In this document: in pieces, positions 1-9,318 of the stretch
How the letters are laid out: each line of letters begins with the position of its first letter
Position numbering within the stretch: the first letter of the stretch is position 1
DNA from: an uncultured Phycisphaerales bacterium
Lineage (GTDB): Bacteria; Planctomycetota; B15-G4
Assembly (NCBI GenBank): GCA_964537035.1
Contig: CAZIAK010000020.1
Span: forward strand, 19,297 to 83,296
Length of the DNA stretch: 64,000 nt
Reading direction: 5' to 3'
Position numbers and translations under genes: made by a program
Notes under the pieces: model-generated
The model's input: only the letters and a program-made list of their open reading frames with translations
Database searches by the model: none
Told to the model about the DNA's origin: nothing

Positions 1-63
1 CCTGGCCCGGTTCTATGCTCAGGCCGCCGGCCGTCCACCGCAGTCACCTCGAGGTTTCGCCTC

Positions 64-1404
64 ATGATGCCCCCACGCTGCTCAGCCATGGCCGCGATCA
101 GCGCCGTCCTCGCGGCCTGCCTGATACTCACCCACGCAACAGCGGGCCCCCTGACCGGCGACGCCACCAGCCTCTTCGCCGAGACCTTCGACACGCACTG
201 GGAGCGGCTGCGGGACGACTACCCCTACTTTGAACTCTACGGAGTCGATTGGGACGCAGAGCGCGCCGAGCATCGGCCCCGGGCCCTCGCCGCCAAGGAC
301 CCCACCGAGTTCGCCTGGGAGCTGGCGCGCCTGATCTCAGCGCTCCCCGACCCACACGTCGCGTTCATGCCGGCGATCGACACCATGAGGGGACTCTGGT
401 CCATCCCAGAGCTCGACACGTACATGATTGGCCAGCGCGTCTACGTGACCGATTGGCCTGAGAGTCAGCGCCCCGTGGCCCCCGCGTTGTTCGCTGATGC
501 GCGCCACGCCTACCCCGAGATCGTCTCCGTGCGGGGCGAGGCACCTCAGGGGTCCGCCCAGATCCTGGCCGCGGGCCCCGTGGGCACGACGTTTAGCGTC
601 CGTCTGCGCTGGCCCGACGGCAGTGAAGCCGATCACGAGCTTCAGCGCCCCCCTGAGTCGAACCTCCCGCCTCCGGACAAGCACTTCGGCGATCGCTGGC
701 TGGTCACAGGTCGCGTCGGATCGATCGGCTATCTGCGCGTGCAGACCTTCGACCCCGAGCGCTGCACGCTGGGCCCGGACGGCAAGATGACCACCATGCT
801 GCGAGCCGCCCTGGCAGAACTGAGCGACACGGACGGACTCATCCTCGACCTGCAGGGCAACGGCGGCGGGTTGGTCGCAGCCTCCGACCCGTTTCTGGGC
901 AACCTCATTCATCGCACCCAGCGATACCGTTGGGGAAACTCAGCGGGCAAGACCCGGGTGATCCGACCCCGCAGCCCTCGCTACCGCGCGCCCATAGTCG
1001 CCCTGGTCGATGGGCGGAGCGCCAGCGGCGGCGAATGGGCCGCGCGCATCCTGAGGGACGCCGGACGGGCGACCGTCATCGGCGAGCGCACCGCCGGCGC
1101 CGAAGCGGCCGTGCAAACGTCCACCGGAGCGGACGGATCGGTGGTCCACTTCAGCGCCTGGCCCATGGTGGAACCCGGGGTGACACCCTTTCAGGGCACG
1201 GGGATTGAGCTCGACCATGACCTGCCCCTGACCATCGACCAGGCCCGCACCCACGGCCTCGACAAAGCCCTCAAGCTGGTCCGCCGCGCACGACTCGCAC
1301 GAGCCCTCAAGGTGCTCGGTGCCCCCGCCACCGACGTGGAGGCCCTGGTCTCCCTGGCAGAAAAAGGCGATGCACCCGCCGAGGCCAGTACCGTCATCCG
1401 TTGA
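64..1404 (+). CDS. S41-family serine peptidase (C-terminal processing protease-like), secreted
   Basis: 446-aa ORF with a hydrophobic N-terminal signal-like segment (AAISAVLAACLILTHATAG). S41 catalytic-domain motifs LILDLQGNGGG and ALVDGRSASGGEWAA are present. Confidence 0.8.
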   Translation: MMPPRCSAMAAISAVLAACLILTHATAGPLTGDATSLFAETFDTHWERLRDDYPYFELYGVDWDAERAEHRPRALAAKDPTEFAWELARLISALPDPHVAFMPAIDTMRGLWSIPELDTYMIGQRVYVTDWPESQRPVAPALFADARHAYPEIVSVRGEAPQGSAQILAAGPVGTTFSVRLRWPDGSEADHELQRPPESNLPPPDKHFGDRWLVTGRVGSIGYLRVQTFDPERCTLGPDGKMTTMLRAALAELSDTDGLILDLQGNGGGLVAASDPFLGNLIHRTQRYRWGNSAGKTRVIRPRSPRYRAPIVALVDGRSASGGEWAARILRDAGRATVIGERTAGAEAAVQTSTGADGSVVHFSAWPMVEPGVTPFQGTGIELDHDLPLTIDQARTHGLDKALKLVRRARLARALKVLGAPATDVEALVSLAEKGDAPAEASTVIR

Positions 1405-1428
1405 AGCAGCGGGGCCAGAGCAGACAGA

Positions 1429-1890
1429 TCATAGGCCGCTGTCGAGCACCACCGTCATCGAGGAGCCGCCCAGCAGACTCTGGCCGGTCGCCGTGCTGAA
1501 CCCTCCCGTGACGAAAACAGGCGCGCCTGTTCCGGGGGCCAATCCCAAGTCGGGCACCGGCAGATTCAGTTGAAGCTGGCCGGTCGCACCCAGGTTGGAG
1601 ATGAGCACGAGCTGAGGCGTGGCACCGAGAAGGAACGCGCCGTTCAGACCGGGCACCAAGGCCTGCCCCTGGCTCGAGCCCAAGAAGAGGAACAGCGTGT
1701 CGCCAGGTTCACCGTCGACAGCCAGCTGCAGCGTGCCCAGTTCACGAACGGGCGATGACAGGGAGACCTCACGAAAGACGCCGGGAAGATCGAACAGCGT
1801 GCCGACGGTGCCCAGGTCGGCGGGCAAGCCCGGAGCGCCGTCAAGGCAGCCACCGCCTCCGCTGCCCCCCCGCTGGCTGGTTGCGCACAT
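1429..1890 (-). CDS. hypothetical protein consisting mainly of a beta-rich module also found at the C-termini of the 12279-13052 and 47116-48567 products; possibly a gene remnant
   Basis: 153-aa ORF starting 30 bp downstream of the kbl stop. No clear signal peptide. The pattern FLFLGSS...LQLNLPVP...VVLD parallels the C-terminal modules of two other secreted proteins in the window. Confidence 0.45.
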   Translation of the reverse strand: MCATSQRGGSGGGGCLDGAPGLPADLGTVGTLFDLPGVFREVSLSSPVRELGTLQLAVDGEPGDTLFLFLGSSQGQALVPGLNGAFLLGATPQLVLISNLGATGQLQLNLPVPDLGLAPGTGAPVFVTGGFSTATGQSLLGGSSMTVVLDSGL

Positions 1891-1920
1891 TGATCATGCC
1901 CGTGATGTCTGCCGTCTCGT

Positions 1921-3135
1921 TCAGCTCACCACGCCCAGCTCGCGGCCCACCGACCGGAACGCCGTGATGGCCCTGTCGACGTCGTCGCTGCTGTGGGCGG
2001 CAGAGAGCTGCACGCGAATACGGGCCTGCCCCTTGGGCACCACCGGGAACGAGAAGCCGATGACGTAGATGCCCTTCTGCAGCAGCGCCGCGGCCATGTC
2101 GGCTGCGAGGCGAGCATCACCCAGCATGATCGGCACGATGGGATGCACGCCCTCGGGGACATCGAAGCCCGCCGCCGCCATGCCGCTGCGAAAGCGCTGG
2201 GTGTTGTCATTGAGCTGAATGCGCAGGTCGTTGCTGCTGCTGATCAGCTCAAGAGCCACCTGCGAGGCCCCTACGATCATGGGCGCCAGCGAGTTGCTGA
2301 ACAGATACGGGCGGCTGCGCTGACGGAGCAGGTCGATCACCGGCTGACGGGCCACGGTGAAGCCGCCGCTGGCGCCGCCGAGCGCCTTGCCCAGGGTGCT
2401 GGTGATGATGTCCACCCGGCCTTCGACCCCGCAGTGCTCGGCCGTGCCCCGGCCGTTCTCGCCGACGAAGCCCGTGGAGTGGCTGTCGTCCACAACCACC
2501 AGGGCGTCGTGGGCCTCGGCCAGATCGCAGATGTCTTTCAAATTGGCGATGTGTCCGTCCATGGAGAACACACCGTCGGTGACGATCATGCGCAGCCGGG
2601 CGCCCGCCGACTCGGTCAGACAACGCTCGAGGTCAGCCATGTCGCCGTGGTCGTAGCGGTAGCGCTGAGCCTTGCAGAGCCGCACGCCGTCGATGATCGA
2701 GGCGTGGTTCAGCGAGTCGGAGATGATCGCGTCGTCTTTGCCCAGCAGCACCTCGAAGAGGCCGCCGTTGGCGTCGAAACACGACGTGTAGAGGATCGTG
2801 TCATCGAAGCCCAAGAACCTGGCGATGCTCTGCTCGAGCTCGCGATGGCGCGACTGGGTGCCGCAGATGAAGCGCACCGACGACAGCCCATAGCCCTGCT
2901 CGTCAAGGGCGCTGTGGGCGGCCGCCACCAGATCGGGATGGCTCGACAGTCCCAGATAGTTGTTGGCGCAGAAGTTCAGCACCTCGCCGCCGTCGGCCAC
3001 CTGAATGTGGGCGCCCTGGGGGCCCTGGATCTGGCGTTCGTGCTTGTAGGTGCCAGCCTCGCGCACGGCGTCGAGTTCGGCGTTGAGCGTATCGATGAAC
3101 TTGCTGTTGCGACCCACGATTTCGTCTCCGGACAA
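1921..3135 (-). CDS. kbl: 2-amino-3-ketobutyrate CoA ligase (glycine C-acetyltransferase), PLP-dependent
   Basis: 404-aa ORF with family-typical stretches [45 protein letters not shown] and [13 protein letters not shown] (PLP-lysine region). Confidence 0.95.
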   Translation of the reverse strand: MSGDEIVGRNSKFIDTLNAELDAVREAGTYKHERQIQGPQGAHIQVADGGEVLNFCANNYLGLSSHPDLVAAAHSALDEQGYGLSSVRFICGTQSRHRELEQSIARFLGFDDTILYTSCFDANGGLFEVLLGKDDAIISDSLNHASIIDGVRLCKAQRYRYDHGDMADLERCLTESAGARLRMIVTDGVFSMDGHIANLKDICDLAEAHDALVVVDDSHSTGFVGENGRGTAEHCGVEGRVDIITSTLGKALGGASGGFTVARQPVIDLLRQRSRPYLFSNSLAPMIVGASQVALELISSSNDLRIQLNDNTQRFRSGMAAAGFDVPEGVHPIVPIMLGDARLAADMAAALLQKGIYVIGFSFPVVPKGQARIRVQLSAAHSSDDVDRAITAFRSVGRELGVVS

Positions 3136-3203
3136 GGGCCGGTGATCATAGCGAGCGACCCACCGGGACGACAGCCGCAGCTCGGGGCGCTAGGCTGGGC
3201 TCC

Positions 3204-3593
3204 ATGACGTCTCGAAAATCATCGGCCAGCCGCTACGACAAGGACCTCCACGGCCCGGTCCGGGTGGTGGGCGAGGGGTTTCACGCACAGGTCTGGGCGA
3301 TGGTCAGCCGCGTCCCCCGTGGGAGCGTCACCACCTACGGCGATGTGGCCGCTGCCCTGGGCCTGGCCTCCGTGGCCCGACAGGTCGGCTGGGCCCTGGC
3401 GGCCTTGCCCCCGGGACAAGACGACGTGCCCTGGCAGCGGGTGGTCAACGCCGCAGGGCAGATCAGCGAGCGGGGCCACGGCGCGCAGAGCACGGTCCAG
3501 GGCAAGCTGCTGGCCAGTGAAGGCGTGGAGGTCACGGACAAGGGCCGGGTGATCGAGTTCGCCGCCAAGCGCCACACGTTCGACGTGACCTGA
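3204..3593 (+). CDS. alkyltransferase-like (ATL) protein: MGMT DNA-binding domain without the acceptor cysteine
   Basis: 129 aa, with VTTYGDVAA...VPWQRVVNAAG. The canonical PCHRV active site reads PWQRV, with Trp (codon 3432-3434) in place of Cys. Confidence 0.8.
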   Translation: MTSRKSSASRYDKDLHGPVRVVGEGFHAQVWAMVSRVPRGSVTTYGDVAAALGLASVARQVGWALAALPPGQDDVPWQRVVNAAGQISERGHGAQSTVQGKLLASEGVEVTDKGRVIEFAAKRHTFDVT

Positions 3594-3730
3594 GCTGAGG
3601 CCCACACGCGGCGAGGCCAACCTGCCCCCGACGAGCCCCGAGGGCGCTGATCCTCCACCCAGCGAGCCCCGGATCCCCACGCCCTTGGGCTACAGTAGCC
3701 AGCCCCGTACCTCGCGTCGCGGAGTCTCCC

Positions 3731-6265
3731 ATGCGTCGATCTTGTCGAGCCTCACGGTCCACACGTGCCCTCGCCCTGCTGTTCTTCTTGTGCCTGAACG
3801 CAGCCGCGTCTGCCGACGAGTACACGAACGGGCAGTTTGGCTTCCGGCTCGATCTGGGGGACGACTGGACCCTCTCCGCAGACAACACGTCCGCGACGAC
3901 CTTGCAGCTGACGTTCTCCGGGCAAGGCGACTTGCAGCGCTGCCAGTTGCAGATCCGGGTCTATCCCCCGGGCACCAAGACCGGCCCCGACGACATGCGC
4001 GACGCTGTGATGGCGACCATCGCTGCTACGGACGGCTACGACAACGCGCAGCTCGGCCAACGGGAGATCGCTGAACGGGACTGCCCCGACCTGCGCTGCG
4101 ACACCAGCGCCGCAGGGTTTCCTGGTGTGATGCGCCAGACCTACCTCGCCGAGAACGACTGGCTCTACGTGCTGCAGGACTTCTTCCCTGCGGATGACGC
4201 GAAGCAGATGACCAGAACCCTCGATCGCCTCTGGGCCACGTTCGGGTTCATCCCCCTCGACGATGCCGCCGCCGCGCAGCAGCGTCTGTTGGGCCTGGCA
4301 GGTCGGTGCGGCAGTGAGATCGACTGGGCCATGAACTGGTCCGAGGCAGCCGAGCGGGCCAGATCGCTGCAGCGCCCCGTGCTGGTGCATGCGCGCATGT
4401 ACGGCGGCTTCTCGATCACCGACAGCACCATGTCCGGGCCGTTCATGGATCGAGACGTGGTCGCCATGATCAACTCCCGCTGCGTGCCCCTGGCCGTGAC
4501 CAAGACCGCCGGGCTGCCTTTCGCCCACACCGACGCCTACGGCCTGGGCCCCAACACCTTCGGCAGCTCATGCCTGCTGCTCTCTCCCGACGGCGACGTG
4601 CTCTGGGATGGCGTCTCTCCCGCAGACCCGCTGCTCATGGATGCACTGGCGAGCCTGGACAGCTGGCAAGGGACGCCCGTTGATGAGAGCGGCAGCGTCT
4701 TCGATCGGGCTCAGGCCCACATGGTTCGGGGCGAACTCGAGCAGGTGGAGGCCCTGCTGCCCACGCCTACCACCGCCGAGGAGTTTCGTCTGCTCGCCGC
4801 CGTGCATCGCCGCCGGATGGAGGGGCCCGCTGCCCTGGCCGCGTTGTCGGCGGCGGCCGACGCCCCCGGCGCTGCCGCACTGCGACATGACCTGGACGTT
4901 GACCGGGCGGAGGTGCTGCTGGGCACAGGCGCGACGGACGCCGCAGACACGTTGGCCGCCACCTTGCTGGCCCGCTCACCAGCGCACGAGCGGGTGCCCG
5001 AACTGCTGCTGCTCAGAGCTGCAGTGGCCTTGTCCCGTGACGATCGCACGGGAGCAGAGGCCCTGCTGCGAACAGTCGTCGACGCACACCACGACACTCG
5101 CTGGGCCTGGCTGGCTGCGGCCACGTTGACGAGCACCGCCTGGGCCATGGAGAAGAGCGGACCCAGCGCCTGGCCCGACGCCCGACTCCTGGCGCAGCTG
5201 CGCTCGCCCGAGTTCGAAGAGCTGCCCGTGGAGCGCTGGCGGGTGGCAGAGGCTCAGGCCTTGCAGTGGTTGCTCGACGCGCAGAACGACGACGGCAGCT
5301 GGCCCTTGCCCTCGAACATCGGGCGCGCGCCGGACGATCCTCCCCACGACTTCGACCTGGCCGCGGCAGCCTTGGCCTGCTCGGCGTTGATCCCCCACCG
5401 GGACGCCCCCGGGGCGAGGGTGGCGATCGACGGGGCGCTCACCTGGCTCATGGCTGCCTACCCTGCAGAGCGAGACGCCGAACCTGAAGTGGCCTTCATG
5501 GACTACGCCGTCTGGAGCCGCTCGGCCATGCTGAACACCTTGGCCGACCTGGTGGACAACGGCCTCAAGACCAAGAGCGAGCTGCGCCCCATGGCGGCGA
5601 ACCTGTACGACGAGCTCACCCAGCTGGCCAAACCCAAAGGAGGGTGGAGCTACTACCTCACCGGCGACGTGACCGCGGCCTCGCCCACGGCCCTGCAGTC
5701 CATGAGCTTCACCGACGCCTGGATCGTGCTGGCCTTGCAGCGGGCCACCGCGGCCGAGCTGATCGATGGAGACGAGCTCGAGCAGAGCGGCCTGGCCAGC
5801 CTCGATCGCGGTCGCCTCGACGACGGCAGCTTCCTCTACATGGTGCCGTCAAACGGCAGCCCTCAGCACGGAGCACGGGGCGATTCTGGCGCCGCGGGCC
5901 GGGGGCCGGTCTGTTCACTGGCCATGCATCAGGCCGGGCGGCTGACCCTGCAAGATCTCCGTGACGCTCTGGACACGTTCATCGAGCACAAGGGCAGCTA
6001 CACCCGGGAGAGGGGCAAGCACCTGATGCACGCCGGCGTGAATGGCCAGGGCTCCCACTATCTGCTCTTCGATTACGCCACCGCCGCCTGGACCGTGGCG
6101 GCCCTGCCAGCAGACGAGCGAGCACACTACGTGGCCCCGCTGCTCGAGATGGTGCTCAGCTCGAGGACCACCGCCGGGAGCTTCGTGGACAACCCGATCA
6201 TCGGCGCGCCCAGCTCGACGAGCCTGGCCCTGCTGGCCTTCGCGGCGTTGCAACTCGAACCCTGA
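3731..6265 (+). CDS. large secreted multidomain protein: helical/TPR-like region plus prenyltransferase/terpene-cyclase-like alpha-alpha toroid repeats
   Basis: 844 aa with a signal peptide (LALLFFLCLNAAASA). Repeated DDGSWPLPSN, KPKGGWSYYL and DDGSFLYMVP motifs are typical of squalene-cyclase/prenyltransferase-like repeats. A possible Cys-less thioredoxin-like segment lies near RPVLVHARMYGG. Confidence 0.7.
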   Translation: MRRSCRASRSTRALALLFFLCLNAAASADEYTNGQFGFRLDLGDDWTLSADNTSATTLQLTFSGQGDLQRCQLQIRVYPPGTKTGPDDMRDAVMATIAATDGYDNAQLGQREIAERDCPDLRCDTSAAGFPGVMRQTYLAENDWLYVLQDFFPADDAKQMTRTLDRLWATFGFIPLDDAAAAQQRLLGLAGRCGSEIDWAMNWSEAAERARSLQRPVLVHARMYGGFSITDSTMSGPFMDRDVVAMINSRCVPLAVTKTAGLPFAHTDAYGLGPNTFGSSCLLLSPDGDVLWDGVSPADPLLMDALASLDSWQGTPVDESGSVFDRAQAHMVRGELEQVEALLPTPTTAEEFRLLAAVHRRRMEGPAALAALSAAADAPGAAALRHDLDVDRAEVLLGTGATDAADTLAATLLARSPAHERVPELLLLRAAVALSRDDRTGAEALLRTVVDAHHDTRWAWLAAATLTSTAWAMEKSGPSAWPDARLLAQLRSPEFEELPVERWRVAEAQALQWLLDAQNDDGSWPLPSNIGRAPDDPPHDFDLAAAALACSALIPHRDAPGARVAIDGALTWLMAAYPAERDAEPEVAFMDYAVWSRSAMLNTLADLVDNGLKTKSELRPMAANLYDELTQLAKPKGGWSYYLTGDVTAASPTALQSMSFTDAWIVLALQRATAAELIDGDELEQSGLASLDRGRLDDGSFLYMVPSNGSPQHGARGDSGAAGRGPVCSLAMHQAGRLTLQDLRDALDTFIEHKGSYTRERGKHLMHAGVNGQGSHYLLFDYATAAWTVAALPADERAHYVAPLLEMVLSSRTTAGSFVDNPIIGAPSSTSLALLAFAALQLEP

Positions 6266-6375
6266 GGGCAGGGGCAACGCATGACCGCAGCGGCAAGGCA
6301 ACCCAGGCCGCTGCGCGCTGGCCCACGAAGACAGCACGCGACATCTGCGTAGACAAGCCCCGCCGATTCAGCCGC

Positions 6376-7533
6376 TCAGCTTCGAGACAGCAGGTTCAAC
6401 AGTCGTGGCAACAGGACGCGGCCGCCAGGAGAGCGCAAGCTGGACAGAGGCGTTCTGCGCCAGCGGCCCAGCTTCTCCAGCAAGTAGTCCACCATCATGT
6501 CGTCCAGCGCCAGCTCAAGCGGGTAGCCGCCTCGGCCTTCATGCATGTCGACGAGCATGCGCATCAGGCCCACCGCTTTGAGCCGGTCAGTGAGCGCGGT
6601 GGCAGTGACGTCTGCGGGCACGTCTCCCAGCAGGGCTGACTCTGCCCCGGTCAGCTCGGTCACGATGTCGGCGATCTGGAAGCCCACGCACCTCGACCCA
6701 GTGATCAACGGTGACAGGTGCAGCGCGCCGGCTGGTCGCAGAGCGGCGTCAGTCACCAGCTGCTCGCCGTGCTGCCCCGCATCGGTCTCCAGCTGTGGGC
6801 CGAGGCCCCCGGCGTCAGTCACCAGCTGCGGGCGACGCCCCCCTGCGTCTGCTGCCGCGGTCGTTCCGCCCGCCCCCCCCGCGGGTCGACAATGCAGCAT
6901 CCAGTGGCCGGTGGCGTAGTCGCGGGGTTCGACGATCTCACCCAGGGCACCGCTGGCCATGTGCAGGGTCACGCGGCCCTTGTCGACCTCCCGGCCCTGC
7001 CGCCTGGCTCGCACGATGGTGTCGCACTGCAACAACGTGCGGGTCATGGCCAGACCGTGATAACGCCAGGCCGAGTGCTCGAAGACGACGCGCTGCGGTG
7101 CGCCCAGCAGGCCTGCAGACTGGGCGGCGGTCAGCGTCTCCACCCAGGGCAGGGTCGACGTATCCTCGGAGACGAACACGGACTGAAAGGCGTCAAAGAG
7201 CGAGTGGGCACCCAGCTGTTTGAACAGCAACACGGGCGTCTCGATGAGCAACTGCACCTTGCGGGGATCACAACCCACCAGCCGGCGCAGTACCGAGGGC
7301 ACGGCGTGCTTGGCCACACAGAGGTAGACCAGGTCGACCCCGTCGAGGCGAGCCTTGCTGAGCGTGTCAAAGCTCTCGGTCTGGTACGGCACGCCACGGG
7401 CATCGATGGTCTTCTCGCTGCGGGCGAAGACCCCGTCGACAACCCAGCGCTCGGGCAAGGCAGCCACCGCGGGCAGGATCGTCTCTCGCACGCGCTGCCC
7501 CGCGCCCAAGATCAACAAGCGGCGGACGCTCAT
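6376..7533 (-). CDS. Gfo/Idh/MocA-like NAD(P)-binding oxidoreductase with an internal 11-aa tandem-repeat insertion
   Basis: N-terminal Rossmann pattern MSVRRLLILGAGQRV...VDLVYLCVAKHAVP...LLIETPVL. I chose the ATG at 7533 because it overlaps the upstream GMC stop as ATGA. The listed ORF extends to 7596. Confidence 0.7.
   Translation of the reverse strand: MSVRRLLILGAGQRVRETILPAVAALPERWVVDGVFARSEKTIDARGVPYQTESFDTLSKARLDGVDLVYLCVAKHAVPSVLRRLVGCDPRKVQLLIETPVLLFKQLGAHSLFDAFQSVFVSEDTSTLPWVETLTAAQSAGLLGAPQRVVFEHSAWRYHGLAMTRTLLQCDTIVRARRQGREVDKGRVTLHMASGALGEIVEPRDYATGHWMLHCRPAGGAGGTTAAADAGGRRPQLVTDAGGLGPQLETDAGQHGEQLVTDAALRPAGALHLSPLITGSRCVGFQIADIVTELTGAESALLGDVPADVTATALTDRLKAVGLMRMLVDMHEGRGGYPLELALDDMMVDYLLEKLGRWRRTPLSSLRSPGGRVLLPRLLNLLSRS
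6746..6849 (-). repeat. 33-bp x 3 (plus a partial fourth) in-frame tandem repeat encoding DAGG(R/L)(R/G)PQL(V/E)T-like units
   Basis: The plus-strand motif gc(g/a)tc recurs at 6746, 6779, 6812 and 6845 (period 33). The protein reads DAGGRRPQLVT/DAGGLGPQLET/DAGQHGEQLVT/DAALRP. Confidence 0.8.
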
Positions 7534-9308
7534 GGTGCGCCGTCCTCCTCGTCGGGGAGCTCCGCGGGCTGCGCCGAGCCTGCTGGTGGTGTCCATGTCG
7601 ACGACAGCGGCGAGGGCTCCGCCGATTCCTGGGCACCGGGCCGCTGCGACAGCTGACGAGACAGCTCCTCCGCCAGGCGAATCGAAAGGGCCACGAGGGT
7701 CAAGGTGGGATTGGCGCAGCCGCTCGTCGGAAACACCGACGACCCCGCCAGGTAGACGTTGGCCACGGTGTGCAAGCGGCCGTCCGGGCGTACGACAGAG
7801 CTCGCCGGGTCATGTCCCATGCGCGTGGTGCCCATGTGATGGCTGGCGTCCTGATCGATGGGCCAGGGATCTTCGGCGCCGGTCAGGGGGCCTTGCAGCG
7901 TGCCGAATCCGCTGGCCTCCAGGTCGCTGGCCAGGGCCTCGTGCACGGCCACGATGGAGCGCTTGTCGATGGCGGTGGCGCCGTGCCGCACCACGGTGAT
8001 CGGGCGGCCGTCGATGTCTGGCTCGCTGCCCAGCACCACCCGATTGTCCGGGTCAGGTTCCATCTCCAAGAAGTTGCGCAGGCGCACCCGGGAGATCTTG
8101 GGCGCCTTGCGATCGCGCACTCGGGCCACCACGTAGCGCAACACCATGGGCAGGTTCACCAGCACGGTGACGAGCAGCACCAGGTAGTCCGTCCACCGCT
8201 TGCGCTGGTTCTGCAGGTCGCTGTCGTCGCCAGTTTCTGAGTAGTCGCGCAGGTTCACCAGCTTGCCGCCGCGGCTGCGCTTGGTCATCAGCCCACCCAC
8301 GCTGCGACTGCGTTTGACCAGATAGACCAGGGCCTCCACACCCTTGCAGTCTGACCAGGGAAACAAGGGTTCGAAGCGGACGTAGGCATTGAGCAGGCCC
8401 TGCTCGCGCTGTGTCTCCGGGGGCAGGTGCAGCCCCGCATAGCCCGCGTAGTCCCCCACCAGGCAGCCGAACAGCCAGGGCAGCTCGCGGGCCGGCTGAG
8501 CCAGGCGCACGATGCCGTGGTAGTTCTTGGGGTGGTTCATCAGGTAGCGACCCACCTGATCATGCTCGTTGCCCAGACCAGCGGCGCACAGATCGGTGGA
8601 CGACAACAGCAGGCGCGGGTTCTCAAGGCCGCCCGTGGCCAGCACGAAGATCTTCGCACTGATCTCGAGCTCTTGACCGGCCGACGTGCGCAGGGCCGCG
8701 CGCTGAATGCTGTCTTCGGAGCCGTCGGCACAGAGCCGCTGCACAGTGGCGTCGAGATAGAGATCGACCCCGGGCAGCTCGAACACCTCACCGTGATCGG
8801 CGCCGAAGTCTTGCGCCTCGGCTCGGGCCAGGAAGACCTTCTCTTGCAGCGTCTTCCAGTGCGGGCAGGGGTCGCCCTTGGTCTTGACCTTGTCGAAGCC
8901 TCCGGGTGCGTACTCGTGAAGAGGCGCGAAATGGTAGCGCTCGGCGGCGGCGTCCCAGTAGGCCAGCAGCTCGTCTCGGGCGAGGGGCCAGCCCGAGTGA
9001 CGGAGCCAGGGGCGGTCCTCCAGGTCGATCTCATCGAGAGGCGCAGACAGCCCCGACCACGCGGTGGACGAACCACCCAACACCCGCTCCCGCGAGTACT
9101 CCTTGATCTGGATGCCTTCGCTCTGCACCAGACGCAGCGCATCGCCACGGCGGGTGGGCTGGCGACGACCGCTCTCCAGCACGGCGATGGCAAAGCCCGA
9201 GCGGGAGAGTTCCCGCGCCAGGGTCATTCCCGCCGGGCCCGAACCAATGATGCAGAGATCGACGGCGGGCAGCTGCTGCCGCGGATCGATCGCGAGGTCA
9301 TGGATCAC
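7530..9308 (-). CDS. GMC-family FAD-dependent oxidoreductase
   Basis: 592 aa with an N-terminal FAD fold (DLCIIGSGPAGMTLARELSRSGFAIAVLESG) and a C-terminal GMC motif region (HHMGTTRMG...NVYLAGSSVFPTSGCANPTLTLVALS). Confidence 0.9.
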   Translation of the reverse strand: MIHDLAIDPRQQLPAVDLCIIGSGPAGMTLARELSRSGFAIAVLESGRRQPTRRGDALRLVQSEGIQIKEYSRERVLGGSSTAWSGLSAPLDEIDLEDRPWLRHSGWPLARDELLAYWDAAAERYHFAPLHEYAPGGFDKVKTKGDPCPHWKTLQEKVFLARAEAQDFGADHGEVFELPGVDLYLDATVQRLCADGSEDSIQRAALRTSAGQELEISAKIFVLATGGLENPRLLLSSTDLCAAGLGNEHDQVGRYLMNHPKNYHGIVRLAQPARELPWLFGCLVGDYAGYAGLHLPPETQREQGLLNAYVRFEPLFPWSDCKGVEALVYLVKRSRSVGGLMTKRSRGGKLVNLRDYSETGDDSDLQNQRKRWTDYLVLLVTVLVNLPMVLRYVVARVRDRKAPKISRVRLRNFLEMEPDPDNRVVLGSEPDIDGRPITVVRHGATAIDKRSIVAVHEALASDLEASGFGTLQGPLTGAEDPWPIDQDASHHMGTTRMGHDPASSVVRPDGRLHTVANVYLAGSSVFPTSGCANPTLTLVALSIRLAEELSRQLSQRPGAQESAEPSPLSSTWTPPAGSAQPAELPDEEDGAP

Positions 9309-9318
9309 GGCGCGGTCA

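Noticed and set aside
1993-3207. 404-aa plus-strand ORF exactly mirroring kbl. Other very long ORFs are antisense to well-supported genes in the same way: 25754-27652 versus the histidine kinase; 59828-61429 versus deaD; 17665-19017 and 19014-19880 versus bcrC/bcrB; 44213-46015 versus the Ser/Thr kinase; 38008-39561 versus CHAT; 9856-11331 versus the OPT transporter; 32241-33746 versus icd.
   Set aside because: Their translations are Arg/Gly/His/Ala/Pro-rich low-complexity strings with no recognisable motifs. The opposite strand in each case encodes a protein with clear family signatures. Long antisense shadow ORFs are expected in DNA this GC-rich because stop codons are rare.
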